From contig JACZRI010000001.1 in NCBI GenBank assembly GCA_022574775.1, positions 95,631 through 159,630 of the forward strand: DNA of 64,000 bases. The letters run 5' to 3'. The notes under the pieces were generated by a model, which did not search any database, was not told where the DNA came from, and saw only the letters and a program-made list of their open reading frames with translations. The translations under genes and the position numbers were made by a program. Shown here piece after piece: positions 35,001 through 43,926 of this stretch. How positions within the stretch are numbered: position 1 is the stretch's first letter; every line of letters begins with the position of its first letter. The DNA is from Patescibacteria group bacterium (GTDB lineage: Bacteria; Patescibacteriota; Minisyncoccia; Minisyncoccales; RBG-13-36-15).

Positions 35001-35330
35001 GTGAAGAAAACCCTATTTATAATTTTACTTATCTCTTTCGCTTTTCTTCACACTTCTGCTTTGGCAGTGGAGGTTCGTATTGAAAATCCTTTAAGCTCTG
35101 ATACTCTTGAAGAATTAATAGATAACATTATTAATTTCATTTTTTGGGTGGCTACTGCTTTAGCTCCTCTAATGATAGTTATTGCAGGTTTTTATTTTAT
35201 TACTGCAGGGGGGGAGCCTGCAAAGCTGCAAACAGCGAAAAACATTATTCTATATACAGTAATTGGATATAGTATCATTTTATTCAGTAAAGGATTGATT
35301 CTTGTCATAAAACAGATTTTGGGAGCTTGA
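35001..35330 (+). CDS. TrbC/VirB2-like (T4SS-type) small pilin family protein, copy 1
   Basis: Signal peptide ..FLHTSALA, then two hydrophobic helices flanking FYFITAGGEPAKLQTAKN. GTG 35001 chosen inside track ORF 34965..35330. Confidence 0.6.
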   Translation: MKKTLFIILLISFAFLHTSALAVEVRIENPLSSDTLEELIDNIINFIFWVATALAPLMIVIAGFYFITAGGEPAKLQTAKNIILYTVIGYSIILFSKGLILVIKQILGA

Positions 35331-35428
35331 ATTAAATGAAAGGATTTGCTATTATGAAAGAGTTAAGCTCTCCCTTGGGGAATAGCCAAAGGTCGAGTTT
35401 TCTCAATTGAAATAAAGGCTAACGGGAA

Positions 35429-35770
35429 ATGAAAAAAATTTTATTTATTTTGACCATAGTAAGTTTACTAATTTTACCTGTAGTCAGTTTCGCAGTAGTA
35501 TCGCCGACAGAAACAATACCTGAAATAATTACAGCACCAGGAGATATAATAGTTATAATTGATGCGATTGCTAACTGGATTTTTGTAATCTTATTAGCTG
35601 TAGCAGTGATTTTTATTTTGATTGCTGCTTTCCAGTTTTTGACTGCGGGAGGAGCTCCGGAAAGAGTTTCAGCTGCGAGAACCAATCTTCTCTATGCAGT
35701 AGTAGGAGTAGCTGTAGCTGTTTTGGCTAAGGGATTTATTGAATTAGTTAAGACTATTGCCGGAATATAA
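35429..35770 (+). CDS. TrbC/VirB2-like (T4SS-type) small pilin family protein, copy 2
   Basis: Signal peptide ..PVVSFA, then two helices flanking FQFLTAGGAPERVSAARTN. Paralog of 35001..35330. Confidence 0.65.
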   Translation: MKKILFILTIVSLLILPVVSFAVVSPTETIPEIITAPGDIIVIIDAIANWIFVILLAVAVIFILIAAFQFLTAGGAPERVSAARTNLLYAVVGVAVAVLAKGFIELVKTIAGI

Positions 35771-35846
35771 ACCTCTTTTTTAAAAGTAAGCTCGATTGGT
35801 CTTTTTATTCAGAAAGGTTAATTACGTTTGGAGTTGAAATATCTTT

Positions 35847-37331
35847 ATGCTGAAAGGTAGAATCTTTCTATGGATTATAAATTCCTGGGAATTGCTTTTC
35901 CTGGGAATTTTTAGTTTTCTAACAAGATTTTTCAATCTCTCTTTTCCTTCAAAAGTCGTATTTGACGAGGCGCATTTCGGTCTTTATGCCACAAAATATC
36001 TTTCCTACCAGTATTACTTTGATATTCATCCTCCTCTTGGGAAAATGTTATTAGGGCTTTTTGGGTTTTTAGGTAATTTGAAACCAGGTTTTTATTTTGA
36101 TCCAAATAGTCTTTACGGTGATTTTAATTTTTTGGTTCTTAGATTTCTCCCCGCCTTTTTTGGTTCTCTTTTGGTGTTGTTAATTTACTTTTTCGTGAAA
36201 GAGCTTGGTTTCTCCCGGAGAGTTGCATTTTTAGCGAGCTTTTTAGTTTTATTTGGCAATGCCTTTATTGTTCAATCTCGTTTTATTTTACTTGATATCA
36301 TTTTAGTCTTTTTTATTTTTTTATCGCTTTATCTTTTTGTTTTATCTAAAAGATTTTTATCTTTTTCGCGGAAATGGTATCTCTCCAATATCTTTTTAGC
36401 CTTAGCTTTAGGGGCTGTAATTTCCATAAAATGGACAGGCTTTGGGGCTTTAGCCATAATTTGGTTTTTAGTTATTTTTGAAGACCGACTTTTTACCAAG
36501 CCAAAGAGAGAGCTTTTAACAAAATTAGGCTTAATATTCCTTACTCCTTTTTCAGTTTATTTTTTAGTTTTTTCTCTTCATTTTTATTTACTTCCTTCAT
36601 CTTGTAGCGAAAATTGCGGAGCTATGCTTGATCGCTATCTGCAACCAGAAAAATATTTTTTTAAAGATTCATCTACAGCTCTTGCCTATGGAAATAGTCC
36701 TCCACCGGGAAATAATCTTTGGAGCAAATTTATCATGGCTAATCAGATGATGTTGGGAACTAATCTCGGATACTCTAGCACTCATTATTATCAATCAGAT
36801 TGGTGGAGTTGGCCTTTTATGGTGAGACCTATTCAGTACTTTAAGGAACCTCAAAACGGCACAACCTCTTATATCTATTTTTTTGGCAATCCAATTGTTT
36901 GGTGGTTAGGAATTGCAGGAATTATTGGTTATTTTTATTTAATAATTAAAAACTTTTTTAACAAATTTAAATTAAAAATATCCCAGTCGTTTTACTCAAA
37001 GAGTGTCCTTATTTTGATTCTTGGTTACCTTTTTTATTTTATTCCTTTTGTCACAATAGAAAGATCTATACTGATATACCATTATCTTCCAGCCCTTATT
37101 TTCTCCATAATTTTATTCTCAATCTTTTTTGAAGGAATTTTAGAAATGATTTTTGGACCTTCTTCAAAAGATAAATTCTTTTTTGCAAATAAAAAAGCTA
37201 ACCTTTTATTTATTGGGATTTTGGCTATTGTTTTTCTTAGTTTTGTTTATTTTTCTCCTTTAACCTATGGGTTTCCTTTAACAGATGAGAGCTTTCAGAA
37301 CCGAATGTGGCTTGAAACTTGGGGACTGTAA
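35847..37331 (+). CDS. PMT-family (GT39-like) dolichyl-phosphate-mannose protein mannosyltransferase homolog
   Basis: Polytopic membrane protein. Loop-1 motif VVFDEAHFGLYATKYL..YFDIHPPLGKML is typical of the PMT/GT-C fold. Confidence 0.75.
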   Translation: MLKGRIFLWIINSWELLFLGIFSFLTRFFNLSFPSKVVFDEAHFGLYATKYLSYQYYFDIHPPLGKMLLGLFGFLGNLKPGFYFDPNSLYGDFNFLVLRFLPAFFGSLLVLLIYFFVKELGFSRRVAFLASFLVLFGNAFIVQSRFILLDIILVFFIFLSLYLFVLSKRFLSFSRKWYLSNIFLALALGAVISIKWTGFGALAIIWFLVIFEDRLFTKPKRELLTKLGLIFLTPFSVYFLVFSLHFYLLPSSCSENCGAMLDRYLQPEKYFFKDSSTALAYGNSPPPGNNLWSKFIMANQMMLGTNLGYSSTHYYQSDWWSWPFMVRPIQYFKEPQNGTTSYIYFFGNPIVWWLGIAGIIGYFYLIIKNFFNKFKLKISQSFYSKSVLILILGYLFYFIPFVTIERSILIYHYLPALIFSIILFSIFFEGILEMIFGPSSKDKFFFANKKANLLFIGILAIVFLSFVYFSPLTYGFPLTDESFQNRMWLETWGL

Positions 37332-37381
37332 TGAAATTTGAGATTGACTTTTTACTTCGAAAATATTAAAGATAAATTAAC

Positions 37382-37463
37382 GCCGAGGTGGTGAAATTGG
37401 CAAACACGTCAGGTTTAGGACCTGATGCCGAAAGGTTTGTGGGTTCAACTCCCACCCTCGGCA
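37382..37463 (+). tRNA. tRNA-Leu(TAG)
   Basis: Acceptor GCCGAGG/CCTCGGC, anticodon stem TCAGG/CCTGA, loop TTTAGGA, long variable arm, T-loop TTCAACT. Confidence 0.9.
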
Positions 37464-37680
37464 TAAAAGATTTTGGTGGGGGATTCCGCAAAAAGGGTTT
37501 GGTTCCCGCCTTGATTGTAAATCGGGCGAGGCTCGCCCCGACTATAGTCGGGGCGGCAAATCCTCTCGGGAGCATAAAACTTAGTCGGGTTCCGAAAGAG
37601 TTGCAGGCCTGTCCCATATAATCACGAAGGGATTTATATGGGATTCAAACCAGAACACCGAAGACACAAAATAATGTTAT

Positions 37681-37703
37681 GTGCTTGGTGCTCGACCGAG
37701 CAC
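37681..37703. repeat. Family E hairpin (inverted arm order)
   Basis: gtgcttggt-gctcg-accgagcac. Confidence 0.5.
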
Positions 37704-37742
37704 TAAAGACCTTTAATGCTTTACCATACCAAGGACACAGTT

Positions 37743-38483
37743 TTAAATAAAAAAAGGAGTTTTTATTTTGTATCCCTGATATTCTGGGACTTTTTTTAAT
37801 AGCTCTTTTTCTTCTGTTTGAGAAACGCGAATATATTTCCAAATCAAGACTGGAGCCATAACCAATGTTAGAATTGTTGGCCAGCCAATAAACCAACCGA
37901 CAACTATCAAGATAAAGCCAAAATATTGGGGATGCCTTGATAAAGAATAAATTCCATTTGTTACAAACCTATCTTTTTTTATATTTCGATAAAGGGTTAG
38001 CCAACCAGTTATTATGAAAAATGTCCCAATAGTTATTAAAACAGTTCCATAACTCATAGCTAAATCCATTCCAAAACCAATGCCAAAGATTTTAAATTGA
38101 ATTATCTGATTAGGAAGGTTAACACCTGCAACAAAAAAATATTTTGAGGCTAAAAATATAGTTAGAGGGAAACCGTACATTTCAACGAACAGAGAAATAA
38201 AAAAAGCGCTCACTAAACCATATTCCATCCAATTTGTCTTTCTTCTAAAAGATAGGGGTATTAAAAATGCAACAAACAGCAGAATACTAAATACTACGAG
38301 GTGCCATTGTTGAATAAAAATTTGGCTGATTATATTTCCTGTAAGATAAACATAGAAGTGATGATAGAAATCATTAATATAAAGTAAAGGAATTGTTGCT
38401 ACGATAAAAAATAACAGTCGTAAAGGGAAATTTTTGTGTATCATTATTTCTTCTAATTTTTTAAAAGTTTTTCTGTGAAACAT
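37743..38483 (-). CDS. ICMT/PEMT-family membrane methyltransferase
   Basis: Polytopic. C-terminal motif NGIYSLSRHPQYFGFILIVVGW. Confidence 0.7.
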   Translation of the reverse strand: MFHRKTFKKLEEIMIHKNFPLRLLFFIVATIPLLYINDFYHHFYVYLTGNIISQIFIQQWHLVVFSILLFVAFLIPLSFRRKTNWMEYGLVSAFFISLFVEMYGFPLTIFLASKYFFVAGVNLPNQIIQFKIFGIGFGMDLAMSYGTVLITIGTFFIITGWLTLYRNIKKDRFVTNGIYSLSRHPQYFGFILIVVGWFIGWPTILTLVMAPVLIWKYIRVSQTEEKELLKKVPEYQGYKIKTPFFI

Positions 38484-38586
38484 TTTAAAATGATTTTTTC
38501 TGGTTTCTAGAAACGATTTTTAAAAATAGACCTCGCGCAAAAATAGGCGAGGCAGATGGATAGAGAAAGATATTTTGTTTTTTTTA

Positions 38587-39114
38587 TTACTTAATTTCTA
38601 CTTTTCTTTTTCTTTCTCTTTCAATTTTTGGTATTTTTAAGGTCAAAATCCCATCTTTCATTGTGGCTTTTATTCTTGAAGGATCCCCCTCTACAGGCAG
38701 GATAATCTGTCTGGAGAAAGGTCCCCAATAACATTCCTGATAAAAATAATTTTTTTCTTCAATTCCAGAAGGTTTTTCTCTATTACCTTTAATAATAACC
38801 ATATCGTTTTCAATGGAAATATCTAAATCTCCTTTTTTAACTCCTGCAATTGGGGTTTGAATAACAATATCTAAATCTGTCTGATATACGTCAATAGCTA
38901 ATTTACCTTCCGGAGTAAACCATTCCTCTTTGCCCGCAGACTTATCCGTCAAAGCTTTGGCTGGGGCGGGAGCTTTAGCGAAGGAGGGTTTTGTTTCAGA
39001 TTTTATTTCTTCAGGCTTATCTTCTTCAGCTACTTTTTGCTTTTTTTCAAGCGGCTTTTTTTCGATTGAGGTATTCTTGTCTCCACTTATTAATTTTTCA
39101 AAAAAAGAATCCAT
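38587..39114 (-). CDS. Hsp20/alpha-crystallin family small heat-shock protein
   Basis: Alpha-crystallin core AIDVYQTD..IVIQTPIAGV...F.R.I.LP...D...IKATMKDGILTLKIPK, with a low-complexity N-terminus. Confidence 0.85.
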   Translation of the reverse strand: MDSFFEKLISGDKNTSIEKKPLEKKQKVAEEDKPEEIKSETKPSFAKAPAPAKALTDKSAGKEEWFTPEGKLAIDVYQTDLDIVIQTPIAGVKKGDLDISIENDMVIIKGNREKPSGIEEKNYFYQECYWGPFSRQIILPVEGDPSRIKATMKDGILTLKIPKIERERKRKVEIK

Positions 39115-39120
39115 ATATAT

Positions 39121-39186
39121 ACTACGAATAATATCACGAATTGTTCACGAATCAATACTAATCTTTATTCGTGATAATTAGTGATT
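39121..39186. repeat. Family C palindromic repeat
   Basis: actacgaataatatcacgaattgttcacgaatcaatactaatctttattcgtgataattagtgatt. Confidence 0.65.
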
Positions 39187-39196
39187 AAATTAGTGT

Positions 39197-39922
39197 TTAA
39201 TTGGTGGTTATTTTAGACACACTTGGTAATTTTTCTAGCTTTCGAAAACTAATATGAACAAAAAGCGCCAGAGAGGCTAATATCCCAACTATCAACAGGA
39301 ATCCTGATGTTTTTCCAATAATTCTTTCATCTATCATTATTATAAGAAAGTTAAAGGCGCCATGCAAGAGAATAGCGGCTGAGAATCCAAAAATCAAAAA
39401 TTTTACTTTGGCTGTAAAGAAATATTTAGCCAGTGAATAGCCTATTGTTCCAGAAGCCAAAGCGTGCAGGAAAGTAGCTCCGATAAAACGAAAGGCAGTA
39501 ATAAATGATGCCTCTGAGATTAAAAGCTGTTTTGCAGGGAGGAATAAAACTAAGATATTTTCAACAGAAGCGAAACCAAGAGCGGCAATTATCATATACA
39601 GCATTAGGTCAATTGGCTCGTCCAGCTCGGGGTCTCTCAATACTTTTTCCCTCACTACGAAATACTTGAGTACTTCCTCAATAAGGGCCACTCCTATAAA
39701 GATGTTTAGAATATTAATCACAGCTCCCGACACGGGAATTTTTGCAGTGGCCGCAAAAAAACCTATTTCAAGAAAAATGGCAGGTATAGCAATGAGCATC
39801 CCATACAGAAAAATTTTCAAAATCATCCTGTTTGATTCAGGATGAACATCTCTTCTAAGGAATAACAGAAGCCAGATAATGCCCGGGGCTAACCCGAAAA
39901 ATAGATAGAGAAGATATATCAC
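39197..39922 (-). CDS. PrsW-family intramembrane metalloprotease
   Basis: Polytopic. ALIEEVLKYFV (EExxK) and FLHALASG / LLHGAFNF motifs. Confidence 0.65.
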   Translation of the reverse strand: MIYLLYLFFGLAPGIIWLLLFLRRDVHPESNRMILKIFLYGMLIAIPAIFLEIGFFAATAKIPVSGAVINILNIFIGVALIEEVLKYFVVREKVLRDPELDEPIDLMLYMIIAALGFASVENILVLFLPAKQLLISEASFITAFRFIGATFLHALASGTIGYSLAKYFFTAKVKFLIFGFSAAILLHGAFNFLIIMIDERIIGKTSGFLLIVGILASLALFVHISFRKLEKLPSVSKITTN

Positions 39923-39924
39923 AA

Positions 39925-39990
39925 ATGAAGTCTGAAGTCTGAAGTCTGAAGTTCTGAAGATTTCATTCTTCCTTTCTTCGTACTTCGTAC
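39925..39990 (-). repeat. Family B hairpin repeat (reverse orientation)
   Basis: Reverse complement reads aaagtatgaagtacgaagtacgaagaaaggaagaatgaaatcttcagaacttcagacttcagacttcagacttcat. Confidence 0.8.
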
Positions 39991-39998
39991 TTCATACT

Positions 39999-42098
39999 TT
40001 AACCAGCTTTAGCTGGCTGGGGCCAGGTTTCAATCATTAAAGACTTCTTCTTTTTTTTCACTGGTATTCTCTGATAAATTTCTTCCGTGATAAACGGCAC
40101 GAAAGGATGCAAGATTTTTAAAGAGTTTAGTAAAACATAGAGTAAAATCTGCTGCGTCTGAATTTTTACACTATAGTGAACGTTGTCAGATAGTTGTTTT
40201 TTTGACTTCTCGAGATAGATGTCGCAAAAATCGTGCCAGAAAAAGTCATAGATTTTATGAGCTGCTTGGCCAAAGCGAAAGCTTTCTATATCTTGATCTA
40301 TTGATTTTATTATCTTGCCTAAGGATTTTAAGATTTTTTTATCTGCCGGAGTTAGATTTTGAGCGTTAAGTTTTAGTTTTGCGCTTTGCGTCTTGTGTTT
40401 TGTATTTTCAGCTTGGAGCAATACAAATCTAGATGCGTTCCAGATTTTGTTGCAAAACTTTTTTCCCATTACCATATTATCTTCCATGAATCTAATATCT
40501 TGCCCTCTCATTACTTGGTAGAGTATTCCAAAACGAGTGGCATCTGCTCCATATTTTTCAATTAACTGTATTGGGTCCATGCCTGTCCCCAAAGACTTTG
40601 ACATCCTTTTTCCTTCTTTGGTTAAGACGATAGGGTGGATATATACTTTGCGAAAAGGTATTTTTTTCATAAACTCCATTCCGGAAAAAATCATTCTGGC
40701 TACCCATAAATTCATTATATCCCTGGCAGTACTTAAAACATCGGTGGGATAAAATTCTTTTAAATCTTTTGTTTTTTTTGGCCACCCCAGAGTAGCAAAG
40801 GGCCAGAGAGCAGCAGAAAACCAAGTGTCTAAAACGTCTGTTTCTCCTTTTAGTGGAATTCTATGGCCCCACCATAGCTGCCTGGAAATACACCAATCTC
40901 TTACGTTATCTAGCCAGGCGAAATATCCTTTTTCAAAGCTTTTTGGATAAAATTTCATTTCTCCTGTTTTAACTGGTTTTTTTGCCAATTTTGCCAATTC
41001 TTTCATTTTTAAAAACCACTGCTTGGAGAGAATTGGTTCAAGAATAGTATCGCACCTGTAACAACATGCAATGCTATGTGTGTATGGTTCAGTTTTCTCT
41101 AAGATTCCAATTTTTCTCATATCTTTCACTATTTCTTTTCTTGCATCCATAACTGTCATTCCTGCGTACTTTCCTGAAATGCTTGTCATTTTTCCGTCAT
41201 CTCCAATTACCTGTTTTTTTTCAAGACCATGTTTTTCACTCAATTCAAAATCATGCATATCATGGGCTGGCGTTACTTTCATGGCTCCCGTACCGAAACT
41301 CATGTCAACTGATTTGTCTCCGATAACTTTCATTTCAGCTTTGCCCAGCACAGTTTGAATTTTAATGGTTTTACTAATATATTTTTTGTATCTTATATCT
41401 TTTGGGTTTACTGCAACTGCAGTATCCCCCAATTTTGTTTCTGGGCGTACTGTCGCAATCGTGATGGGGCCGTATTTTATGTAATAAAGCTCTGCAGGCT
41501 CTTCTTTATATATAACTTCTAAGTCTGAAAGGCTTGTTGAACAGCGAGTGCACCAATTTATAGTTCGTTCCCCTTGGTAAATCCATCCTTTCTTGTAGTA
41601 ATGGGAGAAGACCTGATTTACTGCGATTGAGTAGTCTTTATCCATCGTAAACCTCGTCCTTGACCAGTCTAAAGAACACCCCAGTTTTTTAAACTGGCCT
41701 AAAATAGTATTCCTGTATTTTTTCTTCCACTGCCAAACTCTTTTAATAAACTTTTTCCGTCCAAGGTCAAATCTCGTTTTTCCCTCTTTTTTTAGTTCTT
41801 TTTCCACTGCATTCTGGGTGGCAATGCCAGCATGATCCAAACCTGGCAGCCATAGTGTTTTGAAGCCCTCCATTCTCTTTTTTCGAACCAGAACATCTTG
41901 GCAGGCAGCATTCAAGGCGTGACCCATATGGAGTTCTCCAGTAATATTTGGAGGTGGAATAACAATGCAGTAGCTTTTAGCTTTTAGGTTGTAGCTTTTA
42001 GGTAACTTATCGGGGTTAAAAAAACCGCTCTTTTCCCAGAGTTTATAAATTTTATCCTCTACTTCTTTCGGATTGTAGGTTTTAGATAAATTTTTCAT
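39999..42098 (-). CDS. valS: Valyl-tRNA synthetase (short, lacks the C-terminal coiled coil)
   Basis: PPPNITGELHMGHALN (HIGH region) and KMSKSLG. CP1 editing region present. 699 aa. Confidence 0.9.
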   Translation of the reverse strand: MKNLSKTYNPKEVEDKIYKLWEKSGFFNPDKLPKSYNLKAKSYCIVIPPPNITGELHMGHALNAACQDVLVRKKRMEGFKTLWLPGLDHAGIATQNAVEKELKKEGKTRFDLGRKKFIKRVWQWKKKYRNTILGQFKKLGCSLDWSRTRFTMDKDYSIAVNQVFSHYYKKGWIYQGERTINWCTRCSTSLSDLEVIYKEEPAELYYIKYGPITIATVRPETKLGDTAVAVNPKDIRYKKYISKTIKIQTVLGKAEMKVIGDKSVDMSFGTGAMKVTPAHDMHDFELSEKHGLEKKQVIGDDGKMTSISGKYAGMTVMDARKEIVKDMRKIGILEKTEPYTHSIACCYRCDTILEPILSKQWFLKMKELAKLAKKPVKTGEMKFYPKSFEKGYFAWLDNVRDWCISRQLWWGHRIPLKGETDVLDTWFSAALWPFATLGWPKKTKDLKEFYPTDVLSTARDIMNLWVARMIFSGMEFMKKIPFRKVYIHPIVLTKEGKRMSKSLGTGMDPIQLIEKYGADATRFGILYQVMRGQDIRFMEDNMVMGKKFCNKIWNASRFVLLQAENTKHKTQSAKLKLNAQNLTPADKKILKSLGKIIKSIDQDIESFRFGQAAHKIYDFFWHDFCDIYLEKSKKQLSDNVHYSVKIQTQQILLYVLLNSLKILHPFVPFITEEIYQRIPVKKKKKSLMIETWPQPAKAG

Positions 42099-42238
42099 AA
42101 TACTTCATTTTAGCACTTTTTTCCTACCCTCTCCAATTTTTTTGACTGACTTTTGCCAGATTTAAGCCTCTGATTTTTGTCCAAAAAGTTGGAGAGGGGT
42201 TGATTTTTTTCAACATTCAAGCTAAAATACTGTTAATT

Positions 42239-42310
42239 GGCCCCATCGTCTAGCGGTTAGGACAAGTGATTTTCAATCACTAAATAGGGGTTCGACTCCC
42301 CTTGGGGCCG
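42239..42310 (+). tRNA. tRNA-Glu(TTC)
   Basis: Acceptor GGCCCCA/TGGGGCC, anticodon stem AGTGA/TCACT, loop TTTTCAA, T-loop TTCGACT. Confidence 0.9.
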
Positions 42311-42311
42311 T

Positions 42312-43853
42312 ATGACAGAAGATTATTATCTCAAAATCTCTCGCGCCTCTGATTTAAAAAGCCGAAAAGAGAGACTATTATATAGATTATTGGAAATTTT
42401 CCCCGGGATGCTTTCTTGGGGAACTTTAATTTTAGTTATTTTCTTCTCTTGGAAATTCCCTGCCATCATCGCAATTTTCATCATCTTTTTTGTTTTATAC
42501 TGGTTTTTCCGCACTATTTATCTTTCTTTTCATCTAAGGGCAGGTTATCAGAGAATGCGTCAACATGAGAAAGCAGATTGGCTGAAGAAATTAAACCAAT
42601 TACAAAATAAGAGACGGCAAGAAATTCGCCATCTTATTGTTCTGCCAATGTACAGAGAGCCTTTGGAGATTGTTCGGAATAGTTTTTTATCTCTTGTAAA
42701 ATCCGATTACCCAAAAGAGAATATGATTGTTGTTCTAGCCTGTGAAGAAAAAGCCAGAGATTATTCTTTGCCGATAGCCGAAGCAATCAAGAAGGAGTTT
42801 GGCAGTAAATTTTTCAAGTTTTTGATAACATGGCATCCTCAAAATATTCCCGGAGAGATTCCTGGGAAGGGATCCAACGAGACATTCGCAGTAATGAAAG
42901 TAAAAAAGGAAACTATCGATCCTCTTAAAATACCTTATCAAAATATAATTTTTTCTTCTTTTGATATAGATACAGTGGTTTTTCCAAAATATTTTAGCTG
43001 CCTCACCTATTACTATTTAACTTCAATAAATCCTACAAGAACAAGCTATCAGCCTATTCCACTTTTTATTAATAACATCTGGGAAGCTTCTGCTTTTTCT
43101 CGTGTGTTTGCTTTCTCTGCCACTTTTTGGCATACAATGAATCAGGAAAGGCCTGAAAAACTGATTACTTTTTCATCTCATTCAATGAGTTTTAAGGCTC
43201 TTGTTGATGTCGGTTTTAAATTGCCCAATGTCGTCTCTGATGATTCCAGAATCTTTTGGCAATGCTTTCTAAAATACAATGGCGACTACCGTGTTGAGCC
43301 AATATACTATCCGGTTTCAATGGATGCTAACTGCGCAAAAACTTTTTTTAAAACTCTAATCAATATTTACAAACAGCAAAGAAGATGGGCCTATGGGATA
43401 GCTGACATTCCTTACTTCCTTTTCGGATTTTTAAAAAATAGAAAAATACCTCTTTCTAGAAAGTTATTGTTGGGGTTTGAACTGATTGAAGGGCATTGGT
43501 CTTGGGCTACGGCGTCCTTCCTGATTTTTTTCCTTGGATGGCTGCCTTTGATTTTGGGAGGACCCGAGTTTACACAAACACTTTTTTCTTATAATTTGCC
43601 GAGAATAATCAGTTTGGTTTTAACTTTATCTATGATAGGACTTATCAGCTCAGCTTATTTGAGCCTTCTTTTACTTCCTCCCAGACCTCCAAAATATAGG
43701 AGGCATAAATATCCGATTTTGTTTTTACAATGGTTTTTGCTTCCTTTGATGATGATTTTTTTTACTGCTCTACCTGCTTTAGAAGCTCAAACCAGATTGA
43801 TGCTGGGAAAATATATGGGTTTTTGGCCGACAGAAAAATTTCGTAAACAATAA
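42312..43853 (+). CDS. Membrane-embedded family 2 glycosyltransferase (processive, QxxRW type)
   Basis: N- and C-terminal TM bundles, IVLPMYREP, DIDT, QRRWAYG. Confidence 0.75.
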   Translation: MTEDYYLKISRASDLKSRKERLLYRLLEIFPGMLSWGTLILVIFFSWKFPAIIAIFIIFFVLYWFFRTIYLSFHLRAGYQRMRQHEKADWLKKLNQLQNKRRQEIRHLIVLPMYREPLEIVRNSFLSLVKSDYPKENMIVVLACEEKARDYSLPIAEAIKKEFGSKFFKFLITWHPQNIPGEIPGKGSNETFAVMKVKKETIDPLKIPYQNIIFSSFDIDTVVFPKYFSCLTYYYLTSINPTRTSYQPIPLFINNIWEASAFSRVFAFSATFWHTMNQERPEKLITFSSHSMSFKALVDVGFKLPNVVSDDSRIFWQCFLKYNGDYRVEPIYYPVSMDANCAKTFFKTLINIYKQQRRWAYGIADIPYFLFGFLKNRKIPLSRKLLLGFELIEGHWSWATASFLIFFLGWLPLILGGPEFTQTLFSYNLPRIISLVLTLSMIGLISSAYLSLLLLPPRPPKYRRHKYPILFLQWFLLPLMMIFFTALPALEAQTRLMLGKYMGFWPTEKFRKQ

Positions 43854-43923
43854 TCCGAATACCATCCGAATGCTACTAATGAATTATTTGGATTATTCGG
43901 ATGTCATTCGTAAATTCGGATTA
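43854..43923. repeat. Family C palindromic repeat
   Basis: tccgaataccatccgaatgctactaatgaattatttggattattcggatgtcattcgtaaattcggatta. Confidence 0.65.
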
Positions 43924-43926
43924 TAT

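Noticed and set aside
37366-37621. 83-aa minus-strand and 77-aa plus-strand ORFs
   Set aside because: Both overlap tRNA-Leu(TAG) and the palindrome-dense spacer. Mirror-image ORFs across palindromes are artefacts.
37464-37742. Known housekeeping ncRNAs (tmRNA, RNase P RNA, SRP RNA, 6S) in the large non-coding gaps here and at 46424-46586 and 47459-47729
   Set aside because: None of the signature strings I can recall was seen (e.g. RNase P GAGGAAAGUCC, SRP GGAAGCAGCC, the tmRNA tRNA-like end). This needs an Infernal scan to be sure.
42099-42238. T-box riboswitch upstream of valS
   Set aside because: I could not find the conserved T-box sequence (GGUGGUACCGCG-like) or a terminator/antiterminator pair. 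Retained only as an unclassified structured leader.
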